A DNA stretch of 64,000 nucleotides from Nitrospirales bacterium (GTDB lineage Bacteria > Nitrospirota > Nitrospiria > Nitrospirales > UBA8639): NCBI GenBank assembly GCA_965203295.1, contig CBDBCZ010000016.1:448001-512000 (forward strand), read 5' to 3'. Below the pieces are notes generated by a model, which had not been told where the DNA came from, did not search any database, and saw only the letters and a program-made list of their open reading frames with translations. Position numbers and translations under genes: made by a program. Each line of letters begins with the position of its first letter. Within the stretch, counting starts at the first letter, position 1. This document shows positions 26,017-37,669 of the stretch, piece by piece.

Positions 26017-26101
26017 CTGTATTCTTTTATACCCATGGTGAGCTCCAAATAGAACTCCTTGCACGACAGCTGAGAGAGATCACAGCATTCTCGAAGGGTA
26101 C
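26017..26101 (-). pseudogene. CYFIP: CYFIP exon (TLRECCDLSQL..EFYLELTMG/KRIQ)
   Basis: Matches [27 protein letters not shown]; frameshift before KRIQ. Confidence 0.85.
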
Positions 26102-26216
26102 CTATCAAACAAATCAAAAGTAATATCAAAGGACCTTACATTTAAAATCTTTTCATAAACTACACGTACATTTAGCTATGGCTACATGTATGTATTGCAT
26201 GGCTATGCAAGCTTAC

Positions 26217-26370
26217 CACTGAAGTTGAGGAGGTGAGAGAAGAAGAAGCTGTTCTTGTGGAAGGCCTCGAGCTCTGGTAGGCTGCTCTCCTTGAAGTCAG
26301 CTCTGAGAGGTTTAGTACGTCCACCCTTCTCGGATATCAGCGCTTCCAGCATGGTGCGCATCATGTAGAG
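26217..26370 (-). pseudogene. CYFIP: CYFIP exon (LYMMRTMLE...HLLNFS)
   Basis: CAG| acceptor, |GTAAGC donor. Confidence 0.9.
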
Positions 26371-26372
26371 CT

Positions 26373-26467
<95 letters not shown>

Positions 26468-26607
26468 TGTGTGTGTGTATGTGTGCGTGTGTGTGAGTGC
26501 ACATGTGTGTGTGGGGGTGGGGGGTAGGTGGGTGCATAATTGAGTGTGGGTTCAAATTAGAGAGGACCTTCAAACTACGGAGCTCTGGGAGTGAGATCAT
26601 AACCTAC

Positions 26608-26755
26608 CTGTGTGCTAGAGAGGCCCACAATCCTGTGAGGCACCTCCAAGTGGAACCCAGTCTTGGGGTCCTTGTCTCCTCTCAGAGCTGGGTCGTCACT
26701 CCTCTCCTTCCCATCCAGCCAGTCGATGCAGACGTCTCGGATGGCCAGCAGGATC
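26608..26755 (-). pseudogene. CYFIP: CYFIP exon (ILLAIRDVC...GLSSTQ)
   Basis: DDPALRGDKDPKTGF motif; |GTAGGT donor. Confidence 0.9.
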
Positions 26756-26759
26756 CTTT

Positions 26760-27070
<311 letters not shown>

Positions 27071-27931
27071 TAGTGTGTATGATGTGAGTGAATGTGTAAG
27101 TGTGGTAATAGTGAAATCTCCATAGCAGGTACATGTAGCTTGTTACATTAGCGTTACAAATTGTGCTGAACCTCAGCAAGCTACTGAGCTCTGCAGCCAT
27201 ATGGCAATATGTAAAGAAACTTGACAACTGCTCACTACCAAAGCGCCAACAGTACACTGAGAACTCCAACAGCACATTGTGTGTGTGGTACTAGAGATCA
27301 GGAATGACAACATGGAAGTATCCAATCACAAAATACTCACTTAAAATACCATGTGCATGCTGTAGTCATTTCCCAATACGTAGCAAACCAAGTTTTACAC
27401 TCTCCCAGCTGGTCCTAATTACGTTCACACATCTATGGCATCTTCGCAATCGTAGAGGTGAAACATTTACTACTAGGATATCTACTACTACCTATACTGC
27501 GACATGGAGGCATCCCGTTCAACTTGCTCATGCCTACAATAGCCATACTGCTAGTCAGTGAGCCTGCCAAGCTTGACATCAAACATGAAGGGTAGAACTT
27601 CGTAGCACAATGCCAGTCATGAGCGAGAGACAGGTGTCCTTCCCCTTGTAGACGGACTTCAAAGACGTTCTTTACTCGAGTGTCAGTGTCATCATTGCAT
27701 GTCCATGGCGGTGGACGGTGTAACAAATCGAATCATCGAATCATACTGCAGCATACTGCAGACATGCCACGGTGGTAACCTAAAGCCCCAGAACACCAGC
27801 CTGCAGAGAGTCAAGCGACCCCCCAAAATTCATGCTGGCTAGGCTTTGAGGCACAAATCAGCGCCAGTGCATACTGTAGGCCTGTACGGATGGTAATACA
27901 TGTATATACAGGTAGATGTACACATACACAC

Positions 27932-28153
27932 CTCATTGTTGTATCTGGCGAAGTCTGAGATGAAGCGGATGTGCTCAGAGTGGACCCAGACTAGAGTGGA
28001 CCGTCTCCACTCTAGTCTGGATGCCCACTGTGGCCTCTCTTCCGTGTGCTCGCTGGTGCACGTCCACTTGGAGGGGTCGTAGTGGGTCAGCTGCCGCACC
28101 CAGTCAGCAAAGCGAATCTGGACGTCTCCATAGAGGGGGGCACCTGGGAGAGT
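27932..28153 (-). pseudogene. CYFIP: CYFIP exon (PLYGDVQI...HIRFISDFARYNNE)
   Basis: Matches PLFGDMQIE...HMRFISELARYSNSE. Confidence 0.88.
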
Positions 28154-28728
28154 CTAGAGGGTAAGACAATGTGTAACTGTATTGTTAGTAACAAGAGAGT
28201 TCACAAATCTACCGTATGTAAACTCCCAAGTTTAGACAGATTGCTACGCTATTAAACATATGAGGTCATAGTCATAATTGTGCATTGGTGTCATGTGACC
28301 TAATGTGGTTAATCAGAAAAGTTGTTGGACACTCCTATCAATTTTTATGAGCACAGATAATCCAAGACACAAACAATATCGTCTAAAATCGGTCAATCTA
28401 CTCGCTGTGGACAGGTTTTCCAGTCCCTAGACTGATAATGCAGACAGTCGGCAGTCTTGTGTGAAGAGATACCAGCCACTGCAACTAGGCTCGACATTTT
28501 ATTATTACATCACACCAATAATGATACTGCTAGTTACTAGCAAGGCTTTAGGATCCTTCTCACCAACACTCAGCAGCTACAGCTCAAGAAATGTGGCTAT
28601 GTTGTGATGGAAAGCCTCATTATATATATGTTGTCACGTTTACTGGAAGTTTAACCAGAGGCCCATGAAGCATGGGTGGTACCATTAGAGTCCACACTAG
28701 AGTGGTTCCACCGTATATTAGTCATCAC

Positions 28729-29154
<426 letters not shown>

Positions 29155-29416
29155 CTGAGGCATATACGTGCGTGAGTATGTGTGCGTGTGCGAGTGTGTG
29201 TGAGTGCGTGTGTGCATGTACGTGTGTGCGTGAGTTGTGTGTGCAGTGTTTGTGTGTGTGATGAATGCACGTGCACATTAATGAGACTCACAGTAGCACA
29301 CATATAACTTAATGAAGTGGCTTTACATAGGTATATGGATTTGATTTGTACATGCTGGCAATAATTATGTGTACACTCCACTCATTATTAACTCCACATG
29401 CATGAATGACACCTAC

Positions 29417-29486
29417 TGCAGGCACGGCCCTGGAGAGACTTCTCCATGAGGCCAGCAAAGCTCTCTCCCTCTTCCAGAATCACATT
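29417..29486 (-). pseudogene. CYFIP: CYFIP exon with a frameshifting deletion
   Basis: NVILEEGESFAGL/WRSLSRAVPA versus [26 protein letters not shown]. Confidence 0.8.
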
Positions 29487-30848
29487 CTGGCCTACAGTTT
29501 CACTGAGAAGAAGGTGAAGCCAGTCCTGTACATGTCAAACGGGTTGTGGCTGTACAACACAGGTAGACTTCTACACTGGGACCTCTCCAGCCCACACTGC
29601 CTCTATGCCAGTGAAGTACATGTAGAGCAGTGGACCAGCATCACTCCCTGCACCGATCATGAATCAGCTTTATTCAGTCACAACTGTCCCATCTGTATAA
29701 GAGTACAGGCGTGAAGGGCAATGGGCTGTGGAGCCAGCTCAGACCAGTGTCAAGTGACAGGCATCCCCGAACATGGGCCATAATAAAATATTACAGTTAC
29801 CTGTGAAGTTACTGTAGTAAAAGTTAGTACACCAGCAGTCCAGCAAATGATCAGGTTCTTGGTTGCAGATATGTTGGCCGATGCGGCCCTTACCTTTCGT
29901 GGGTGTCCCAGCACCATGGTCCATATAAGTCCATGCCCAGCATCGCAGGTATGCTAGGATATGTGGACGCTTCGAATTCCTCTCTGGGTTCTCGAGATGG
30001 AGAAATCCGGGAAAGATGGCTAAGGTCACAGGAGCTGTGTCACCCTCAAACAGGATATTGCTCTTGTGGTACAGTTGAGAGGTGACCTCTGCAACACAGC
30101 ATTATAGAATCTGTAAACTGAAGGTACTAGGTGTGGGTGTATATACGTACAGTCTTGCGAGACAATTCAAGAGCTCAGGGCTGGCTTGCAACGCTAGCGT
30201 GGACATAGTCTAGCTGGCCCCAACTTCTACCCACCTAGGGATCGCTATCTGCAAGTATAGATATTACATGCTGCAAGTGATCCCTAGCTAGGCTGGTAGA
30301 AGTTGGGGATAGCTAGTGTGGGTACTAGTCCACTGGAAAAACTACAGGGAGTTCCGTCAATACAGCCCTTGTCCTACCTTTAAAGAGGACGTCTCTTTAG
30401 TGTTCTCCAACTCGATTTACTGCCCATGCGGCATGCCATGTACCTTCAAAGGTTAAAGTTCGTCAATTGCGGCTCTGCAGTAGTCTCGTGCCCATACCAC
30501 GGAAGCTCTTGCCCAGTCTCGTGCACGAGACTCGTACCCAGTTCCCCGCACTCGCGAAAATAAACGGGGAGAAGTTTTATTTTCGCGAGTGCGGGAGAAA
30601 ACCTGGGTACGAGGCTATACCACGCACAGTCTGACTTTAAAAGGAGTGGCTATAATGTGTCTTCTTACTATAACAAGTCTGACATTTCATGTCTAAAAAC
30701 CAGCCGGGAACCTTTCCCGTGCAATACCACAACTCAGCTTAACTGCAGCCGTAAAACTACAAATTATAATAACTATGCTACAATACGCATCCTGCAGAAA
30801 CTTAACTAAACCATAGATAATAACTACGTAACCGGGATTGGAAACGCA

Positions 30849-31067
30849 ATTTAACATCTATCGAGTCTCATCTATAACTGCATAATTCATGATATGTTTA
30901 CTAGTTGCTTTGATTCCGGTGTGGGCGTCGAGCCAGATCAGGGAGCATCAATCAGAATCTCTTGCCTTGTTGTTCTGCCCCCGCACAACGTGCACACTGT
31001 GTGTATACTATGTATTTCTGGAGGTGCTTGTCTAGGTGCCTGGAGCTATTGCTCCAGGAACCATCCA
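30849..31067 (-). repeat. Split direct repeat B2
   Basis: Near-identical to 31441-31667. Confidence 0.9.
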
Positions 31068-31237
31068 TACATGCATACGCCCCTGTCTCGCTCTGATTAC
31101 ATCAATCTTCTGTGCTGACTGATGGAGTATTTACCTACCTAATATCCTACAGTGTAAGTTTGAATCACAGCTTGCCTATTTCAGGTTTCAGTTGTAAAAC
31201 CTTACCCTATGCGAATAAGAATGGGAGGGTGGGTGGG

Positions 31238-31433
31238 AACTGCTAATTGGTGTAGCTTGACAACTGACTTGCCGTGGCAGCTGCAACAATTTGACAACTG
31301 ACAACTGCTGTTGCTAGGTGCCTATTATATAATATGGCATACTACCTTATGCGGGTGGCACTGCGCATGCGCACCTGACCTGGCCCTTGCCGATGCGTGG
31401 ACTCTCAATGTTAACTTGGTTTAATGTGTCATT
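31238..31433 (-). repeat. Split direct repeat A2
   Basis: Near-identical to 37490-37669 apart from a 16-bp indel. Confidence 0.9.
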
Positions 31434-31440
31434 AAACTAC

Positions 31441-31667
31441 ATTTAACATCTATCGAGTCTCATCTAGAACTGCATCCTATAAAATTCATGAATATGTTTA
31501 CTAGTTGCTTTGCTTCCGGTGTGGGCGTTGAGCCAGATCAGGGAGCATCAATCAGAATCTCTTGCCTTGTTGTTCCGCCCCCGCACAACGTGCACACTGT
31601 GTGTATACTATGTATTTTTGGAGGTGCTTGTCTAGGTGCCTGGAGCTATTGCTCCAGGAACCATCCA
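31441..31667 (-). repeat. Split direct repeat B1
   Basis: Near-identical to 30849-31067. Confidence 0.9.
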
Positions 31668-31951
31668 CACGAGGGAGTAACCTTAGAGGTTCTCCCACCC
31701 AAGCACCTCCCTGAACCCTATTCCTACTGCTCTACTTATGACTACGTTTAAAACCTCCCTCCCCCAGGCTCAGTGTGTCTACTTGACTACCAGGCAGGCT
31801 TACCAAATCTGTGATTGCTGATTTTGCACATTTTCCAGTAGACATATATGCAACTCATGCAGGTACGTTAAAACATGCAATAAAACGTCCACATGTTTAT
31901 GCTGGCACAGATTTAAGTTGCTGGATTGGGCTCTGCTGAGTGTGTAATAGT

Positions 31952-32999
31952 TCATCTATCCCAGATTGCCAGTCGATGTGAGACTCCTGCTAATGTCTCC
32001 CTCGGGATCTTGACATATGCTAAATATGCTGAGCTCTCCCAGCGACCTAACGTTTTAATGAGTGAATCTTGGATTCCACAAGCGGCTGCTTTAGTAGCTG
32101 CGCCAATTCTAAAACTGTGGCCTACATATTGAGAGCTGTCAAAACCTGCCTTCTTAAGTGTCTGTTTGACCCTTTGGACAAATGAGTCTCTTGTCAATGG
32201 TGAGCCGTCCTGGCATCTGAACAGTGGCCCTTGATTCATCCCTCTCACTGCAAGGTATGCCATCATTGCTGTGACGGGATAGATGGGATTGTCTGTGCGT
32301 CTGATAACAATTGCAATCCCTTTCCGAAATGGATCTGTTTTGGACGCTTTAATCACCACGTGAATGCTCGTAGGGTTTGCTGGGACATCCACTGATAAAT
32401 CTTCCACCGTTAGGTGTGCTCCTGCATCAAACTTTGTTCCTGAAGAAATTGTGGCTTCGCCAGATCGAAGAAAGCCAAAGTACAGGCCGCCCAGAGCATA
32501 ATATTGTTGAATGCTCGAGCATCTGTTTCTAACACCCACCGGATACCACACAGGATGTGAGGCGTGATTGGTAGTCTTACTCTGGGCTGTGCTCCCTTTT
32601 GTGCCTGGATACTTTTGATGCCACTTAAAACTTGCTGCAGTCGGCACATATCTCCCACTCATGGGTCATGCATGCTATGGGCAATTTGCAGTTGTCTCAA
32701 TGCCGATAAATAGCTCTTTATTGAAGCTTGTGATACTGCCTCGTTAGCTAAATAAGCTACATACTGACATAGTGTGCTCTCAGATAATGGAAGACTATTA
32801 TACTGGTGCTTAGAACAGAACTCCAGATATCGCAACTGAGCTGATGAGTAGGACCGCCGTGTTGAGGCTGCTATACCATTTGTAAAATAGAACTGAACCA
32901 TCTGGTCCAATCTGGCGATGTCCATTCTGGTTGTGCCATGCTGAGTCCCAACACCAGTGGAAATGGGATTGGTGTTGGTGATGTGCATGCATGCGGTAC
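31952..32999 (-). pseudogene. Tyrosine recombinase (YR) ORF with a stop and a frameshift
   Basis: N-terminal ASTRRSY...IKSYLSALR; catalytic FGFLRSGE, SKTDPF, HSFRIGAAT, LGRWESSAY. Split over three ORF-track pieces. Confidence 0.92.
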
Positions 33000-34639
33000 C
33001 TGTGACAAGTAGAAGGGGAGATTACCTCTTGAGAGGGCATCAGCTAGTACATTGTCCTTGCCAGGTGTATATATGTTTTGCCACAAGATGAACATCAAAC
33101 TTTGCCCAGACAAAGAAGAGGCATCTTATCCTGTGCATCAGTAGGGCATCTTTTGCATACCTTTGATTGATGACCTATACTGCTGCCTCATTATCGCTGA
33201 TGCACCTCACTGTACAGCCTTACCACATGTGGCCCCACACAACGCATGCCACTACAATTGGGAAGAGCTCCTTTGCGGCAATTGAAGCCGAAGCCATTTG
33301 GCCAGCTCCCCATTGGATTTGAAACCAATGGCACTGCCAGAATGCCCCACATCCCCACACTCCAGATGCGTCACTCCAAACTTCCGCATGTGGGGCTTCC
33401 TCTCCATAGTCCCTGAGCATAGATACTCCATTCCACGTCGGGAGAAACGTTCGCCACCATTCTATATCTGCTTGAGTGGATTTGCAGAGGCGAATGTGAT
33501 AGTGGTCCGGATCTTCTTCTCGCTGAGCCAGTTGCTCATAAATGCGGCGAGTAAAAGGTCAACCTGGACGAACCACCTTGCACGCATGCTGAAGTGAACC
33601 AGCTAGAGACTGAAGCTCTTTTTTTTTGTACAAAACTTCCGTTGGCACCATTGCTGGATTTCTTGCTGCAGTCGCTGTAACTTGTATGGAGGCAACCACA
33701 ATACCATTGCAATTGTGTCCATCTCGATGCCAAGGAACGTGATGCACGTTGCGGGACCTTCGGTTTTGTCATCTGCTATGGGGACACCCAACTCACCACA
33801 CGTTTCCAGCACCATCTGCAGGTTGCGACCACACTCATCACTTTGCGGAGCACCTGCTGTTATGAAATCATCCAGGTAATGCTGGATATATTGCACTCCT
33901 TTCTTGCTTGCTACCCACTGGATAGCATCTGCCAACGCCGTGAATATCTTTGGCGCGGATCTGAGGCCAAGTGGCAGCGCAGTATCGATATAATCCATGC
34001 CTTGCCATCACATTCCTAGCAGCTGACGATCATCAGGGTGGATGGGAACTATGCGATAAGCGCTTTTGACATCTGTTTTTGACAGCATAGTTCCTCGTCC
34101 CAACTCGAGGACAGCTGCTGCAACTTGGTCAACTGACACATATGATAGCGAACAAAGTGCCCGATCAATGCCATCATTGACGCTTGCTGCTCTTGGGTAA
34201 GATAAATCCAAGATTAGCCGCCACTTTCCTGGCTGATGACGCTTCTCCAAAAGGCCAAATCTGCTGATCTGAAGGTTTGGAATTGCTCCTGCGGGAAATG
34301 GACCCAATACTCTTCCCACTGCACATCCCTTTGCCAAATACTCCTCTATAACCTCGGGCCTATGGTACGCCGATGGCATATTGCGTCTTGCCGGTCTGCA
34401 TTTGCAATCCGCATATCTAAAGCCGATGCGGAATCCCTCCTCAATACCTGACAAGAGGTATCTAGCAAACTCCTTGTCTGGATGTTGCTGAAGGTAATGT
34501 CGCCATGTTTGAACCCGTAGAGGGGTGACCACCTGTGAGCCGACTACAGCTCCTGCTGGAGATCTGGCACTAGGCCTGCATCCGTCCAGTGCCACCAAAT
34601 GGCGAGTATACAGATATCCATTGCTTTCTCTGCCACTAT
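32871..34639 (-). pseudogene. Reverse transcriptase / RNase H ORF, disrupted
   Basis: KWRLILDLS, DVKSAYR, LPLGLRSAP, HYLDDF, FLGIEMD; RNase H SDASG, IAAKEL, SDNEA, NVLADALSR. TGA at 34008-34010 and several frameshifts. Confidence 0.93.
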
Positions 34640-35142
34640 CTGCAGAGACAATAGTGTTGGAGTGGGTGGAAAATGCAGATAGAGTGCAATGAATACCATC
34701 GCAATTCAGCCCCATTTGTACCACTACGCTACATGCACTATTCTTATACTGTTACTAACTACACATGTACCCTTGTAGTATTAAATTCCCTATTATACCC
34801 TGATGTGGAGATCACATCCTCATTGAGGATGGAAACAATATTTGCTGCTGGTGCCTACTTTGGACTGAGGTTAATCCCTTTTATTTATTATAGAGTTGCC
34901 AGAATACGCATCATATTATTAAATGATGAATGGAGGATAATCCATGTCTGGATAAGACCAATATTTGCTGCATGTTGCTGCCTATATAGCCGTTCTACAC
35001 TATAGTGATGGACCAGCCACCAGATATACCTATATACATGTATATGTATGCACCTTGATAAGGTTATGTTCTACATGTTCTGAAATACTGATAATGTTGT
35101 TCTCTTCCTTTGCAGGGTTTGAACCTGTCCCTGTATGCTGGC

Positions 35143-37444
35143 TTAAAGCTCAGCTGCTGGTTGCTGAGGGCCTGTATCCTTACAAGACTTTGCCGGATGC
35201 CGACCGCCACACTGCCCACATACATGACGGAATTTGCACGGGTTGTATTTGCATTCGCCATACGCATTGTACGTTGCACAGACATTGTCCGGCCACCTCC
35301 TGCGCCTCTTGGCCATGGTTTGCTCGCTAGCTGTACTGGCAGGACTGCTTCGCCCTCGGCGGCGTGGTTTCAGAGGGCAATCATCTGACTTGTGTGATGT
35401 CCCGTCGCAATGAGAGCACATAGCCACCGCTTTCGCTCTGCCTGTGAAAAATCGGGTGTACAAGTCGGTATCCATCCTTGCCGAATCCCGGTTTCCTGTG
35501 GCAGCTGCATTTACTCTGAAATGTGTGTCATACGACCTCCAATATAGGCCATCGTACTGTTGGCTGGCTTTGACGATTAGCTGTAGGTACGCTATCATAC
35601 CCCCAACCACCTCTGGGTACTGTTGGGCCATTGCTGCCACGTAAGTTGTAAAACACTGCGTCCACTGCAGAACGTTTTTCACTTGGCGGCGCCTGTGCCG
35701 GATAACCTCGCAGCCTGGGAAGAAAGCAAACCTCTGAGCGTCAGCATCCGGTAGCGTTGCATCGTGTGTTGTATTGGTCGGGAGCAGTTCGGCTAGATCT
35801 ATGTACTCCCACCTGTGCATCTTTTCTACAAGCCTCTTCGGAATCGTAGGCAGGCCTGGCCCAATGGAAATTCTTTGTGTTGCTGCAGCCGCTTGAGCTT
35901 GATGGCCATTGATAGCAGGCAGCATGAATGCGAGTGGCCAGTAGCTACTAGCCAGTGTGGCCGGTTGAATGAATGGTTGCAGCTGGCTTGACCCACGCTG
36001 TTGTTGCATTTGCTGCTGCTGCAAATTCAAGGCCGGTTGCTGCTGTTGGCCTGTAGTTTGCTGCTGTTGCACGCTCGATGCTAGTTGCTGCTGCTGGCCT
36101 ACTACCTGCTGCTGTTGCAAGTTCAAGGCTGGTTGCTGCTGCTGGCCTGTTACTTGCTGCTGTTGCAAGTTCAAGGCTGGTTGCTGCCTCTGACCTAGTA
36201 CTTGCTGCTGTTGCAAACTCAAGGCTAGTTGCTGCCGCTGGCTTGCAATTGGTGGTTGCTGCTGCTGCTGTCTCAGGCTACAGTCAACTCTCCAAATAGC
36301 GGACACTTTGGTACGACAGCCTTTGTCCTTTATTTAGAGAGTGTCCTTTATTGGGGAGTTTTGAAAAATTCATGCTTAAATGATGTTAAAATAACTTTAA
36401 TATAAGCATTCGATGACTCAACAGTTCAAAATTATGAAAAGTATTGATCAATTGTAGTCTGTGTATAATTATCAGCACTAATACCAGCTAGATTATTCAC
36501 GTGCTTACGGTTTCCAATTCAAATGACGCAATTTCTACGTCAGTGTATCAAAGCAGTACAGTATAGACTATAGAGCTAGTCGAGCGCGAGTCAGAATGAG
36601 CCATGGCGTCACAGCCACAAGAGAGAGAACTTTTGTGATTCAAGAGAGGAACTTTTGTGATTCAAGAGAGAGAACTTTTGTGATTCAAGAGAGAGAACTT
36701 TTGTGATTCAAGAGAGAGTGATTCAAGTTTGTAGTTTATTAATACATTGTACGTGCGATATGCATGCATTGATTGTTATGCCCCACCCACTTTCCGTTAG
36801 CCAGGAAACGATTATCATTGTATTGTACTACAGTGTTCAATCTGAAGTGTCCGCTGTCCGGAAACTAGAGAGTCTGTTAGTCGGGAGTTTTTTTTTGTAT
36901 ACTTATAGGGAAATCAATCCGTGCATGGAGCTGTGTCCACTATAACGTGTGAGTCCGCTATTCGGAGCGTCCGTTAAGAGAGAGTTGACTGTATGCTGAA
37001 GTAGCCCAGTTATTGTTTACTGCTGTGACTGGTTTGATGCCAGCTGTTGCTGCACTCTATTGCTTGGTGTCAACTGCGTTGTTGTGCCCATGGATGGTAA
37101 AATTGGCATTTGTGTAGGCATTGTCCCTACTGACACTAAAGTGAATAAGTAATTATTTGATAAGCACATTGTACCCTTACTATTACCGCATATGCATACT
37201 TAAGAATGCAGCCGCCCTAAAAGACCAGCTCCGCCCAAATTTGTTCAATGCCGGCGCCTCGACCCGTAGCTCCACCCTCTCCTTCTATACGCTCACTGGC
37301 ATTTCTATGCTCTTAGTGATATACAACTAGCACCAACGCACCATTACCCGTAGCAGCTGGTGTGTTTGAAGCGCCCGGTACTGCCCTCTCGGGTACATGT
37401 CCGGCCTCAGACGTTCCGGGAGAAGGGCGTGGCTCCGTACTCAT
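35143..37444 (-). pseudogene. gag-like ORF (leader exon 37444-37348 plus 37126-35143), interrupted by a MITE
   Basis: Q-rich repeats, EYIDLAELLP, WRSYDTHFR and a C-terminal Cys/His knuckle (C..YN...C...C.FRHVC..C...H....C). The frame is continuous once 36281-36991 and one TA are removed; one TAA near 37011. Confidence 0.85.
36281..36991. mobile_element. pogo/Tc1-type MITE (TA TSD) inside gag
   Basis: TA|CAGTCAACTCTC ... GAGAGTTGACTG|TA; internal 21-23-bp tandem repeat at 36618-36727. Confidence 0.88.
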
Positions 37445-37489
37445 TTTGCCGTCTCCTTGCAACAACACTTGCCTCCACAAGACTTGAAA

Positions 37490-37669
37490 AACTGCTAATT
37501 GGTGTAGCTTGACAACTGACTTGCCGTGGCAGCTGCAACAATTTGACAACTGACAACTGCTGTTGCTAGGTGCCATACTACCTTATGCGGGTGGCACTGC
37601 GCATGCGCACCTGACCTGGCCCTTGCCGATGCGTGGACTCTCAATGTTAACTTGGTTTAACGCGTCATT
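37490..37669 (-). repeat. Split direct repeat A1 (5' end of the element)
   Basis: Matches 31238-31433. Confidence 0.9.

Larger units (their letters stand above)
30849..37669 (-). mobile_element. Ngaro-type (DIRS order) tyrosine-recombinase retrotransposon, full length, degenerate
   Basis: gag, RT/RNase H and YR ORFs plus split direct repeats in the order A1 (37669-37490), ORFs, B1 (31667-31441), A2 (31433-31238), B2 (31067-30849). Confidence 0.93.

Noticed and set aside
35969..36299. Cys-rich or Ala-rich plus-strand ORFs
   Set aside because: Antisense shadows of the Q-rich gag repeats.
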